Of a stretch of DNA of 64,000 nt, positions 63,189-64,000 are shown in pieces. The stretch is from Halodesulfurarchaeum sp. (lineage in GTDB: Archaea > Halobacteriota > Halobacteria > Halobacteriales > Halobacteriaceae). The first letter of the stretch is position 1. Every line of letters starts with the position of its first letter. Under the pieces are notes generated by a model. The model did no database searches, was not told the origin of the DNA, and saw only the letters and a list, made by a program, of their open reading frames with translations. A program made the translations under genes and the position numbers. The stretch lies in NCBI GenBank assembly GCA_034520565.1, contig JAXHNL010000002.1:544001-608000 (forward strand), given 5' to 3'.

Positions 63189-64000
63189 ATGGTCGAGGAA
63201 GACATCTCCACGACGCGTGCGGAACTGACCGCCACGGACAAACCGTCCCTTCGCGAGCGTTTCGCGGAGAACCCGGATCCTGCGCTTCGGTGGGGGGCGG
63301 TGATGGCGCTGTTGCTGCTCGTCGAGATCTTCACCTTTGCGGAAATTGCGGTCACGCTCGTCCAGGCCGCAGTCGTCGCGACGACCGGACTCATCGACGT
63401 CGTCGTGGGCCTGGTTTCGCCGGCCGCCGCGGGCGCTGTCGTGGACGTGCAACTTGTCATCACGGGCTTTCTCGACGGCATCAGGGCCTTCTTCGAGCAA
63501 CTCCCGACGCTGCTCGGTCGCGAGGTCATTCCGAACCAGGGGTACCAGACCGGCCCGGACGGCCCGTGGGTCGGCACGTTCCTCGGTCTCGAACCGGCGA
63601 TCGCCTGGGCGATCCGGTTCACCCTGCTGGTCGCCTACTCCCTCTTTTTCGCCTACTGGGCCTTTCAGGGGTGGGTCGTTTTCAAGGAACACTACCGCCA
63701 TGCCGGCTGGACCCCGACCGACGACATGGTCCGTCGGCTCGACGGGCATCGCTGGGGACAGTTCGGCATCCTCGTTCTCGTCCTGTTCCTCATGATGGCG
63801 ACCTTCGGCCCGGCATTGGGGCCCACCACGGTGGAGCAGAACATCCAGAGTCCCTACAGCCACGAGGTGAAGTACTTCGACGCGGAAACCGGCGAGGTCC
63901 AGACGATCACGGCGGGAGAAGCAAACTTCGAATCCAAGTCGAAAGGGACGGTCGACCAGAACGTCGGGCCGATGGAGTACGACGAGTATAGCCGGTTCCA
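63189..64000 (+). CDS. dppC: Peptide ABC transporter permease, N-terminal part (runs off the window)
   Basis: Hand translation from ATG 63189 (MVEEDISTT...HRWGQFG...GPMEYDEYSRF) is open to the window end; multi-TM; follows dppB. Confidence 0.8.
   Translation, partial: MVEEDISTTRAELTATDKPSLRERFAENPDPALRWGAVMALLLLVEIFTFAEIAVTLVQAAVVATTGLIDVVVGLVSPAAAGAVVDVQLVITGFLDGIRAFFEQLPTLLGREVIPNQGYQTGPDGPWVGTFLGLEPAIAWAIRFTLLVAYSLFFAYWAFQGWVVFKEHYRHAGWTPTDDMVRRLDGHRWGQFGILVLVLFLMMATFGPALGPTTVEQNIQSPYSHEVKYFDAETGEVQTITAGEANFESKSKGTVDQNVGPMEYDEYSRF

Overview
GC-rich haloarchaeal (Halobacteria) core chromosome window with acidic proteins and Tat lipoproteins. It is centred on the main replication origin: oapCBA, an inverted ORB pair around an AT-rich DUE, orc1/cdc6, and then sec11 and polD1. 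Left arm: argH end, lysW/argW (missed by the ORF track), argX/lysX, thrC, metX, a histidine kinase, NAD-ligase, uvrC, uvrB and a thiamine ABC transporter. Right arm: lysC, lplA, lipA, tnaA, purO, tRNA-Gln(CTG), a transport/stress block, trpB, thyA-folA, ferredoxin, class II HMG-CoA reductase, PDO, cgi121-hel308, hef, glyS and a peptide ABC transporter. Main observations: (1) the peptide-binding lipoprotein appears circularly permuted; (2) the origin-linked orc1/cdc6 has a +1 frameshift, either real or an assembly error; (3) ORB copies, one 22/22 identical to the origin ORB, lie about 25-29 kb from oriC with no adjacent cdc6; (4) the argW/argX cluster lacks argCBDEF; (5) several genes resemble those of anaerobic or thermophilic archaea. 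No CRISPR array, IS element or integrase was seen. All family assignments come from motif recognition by eye, not from database searches.
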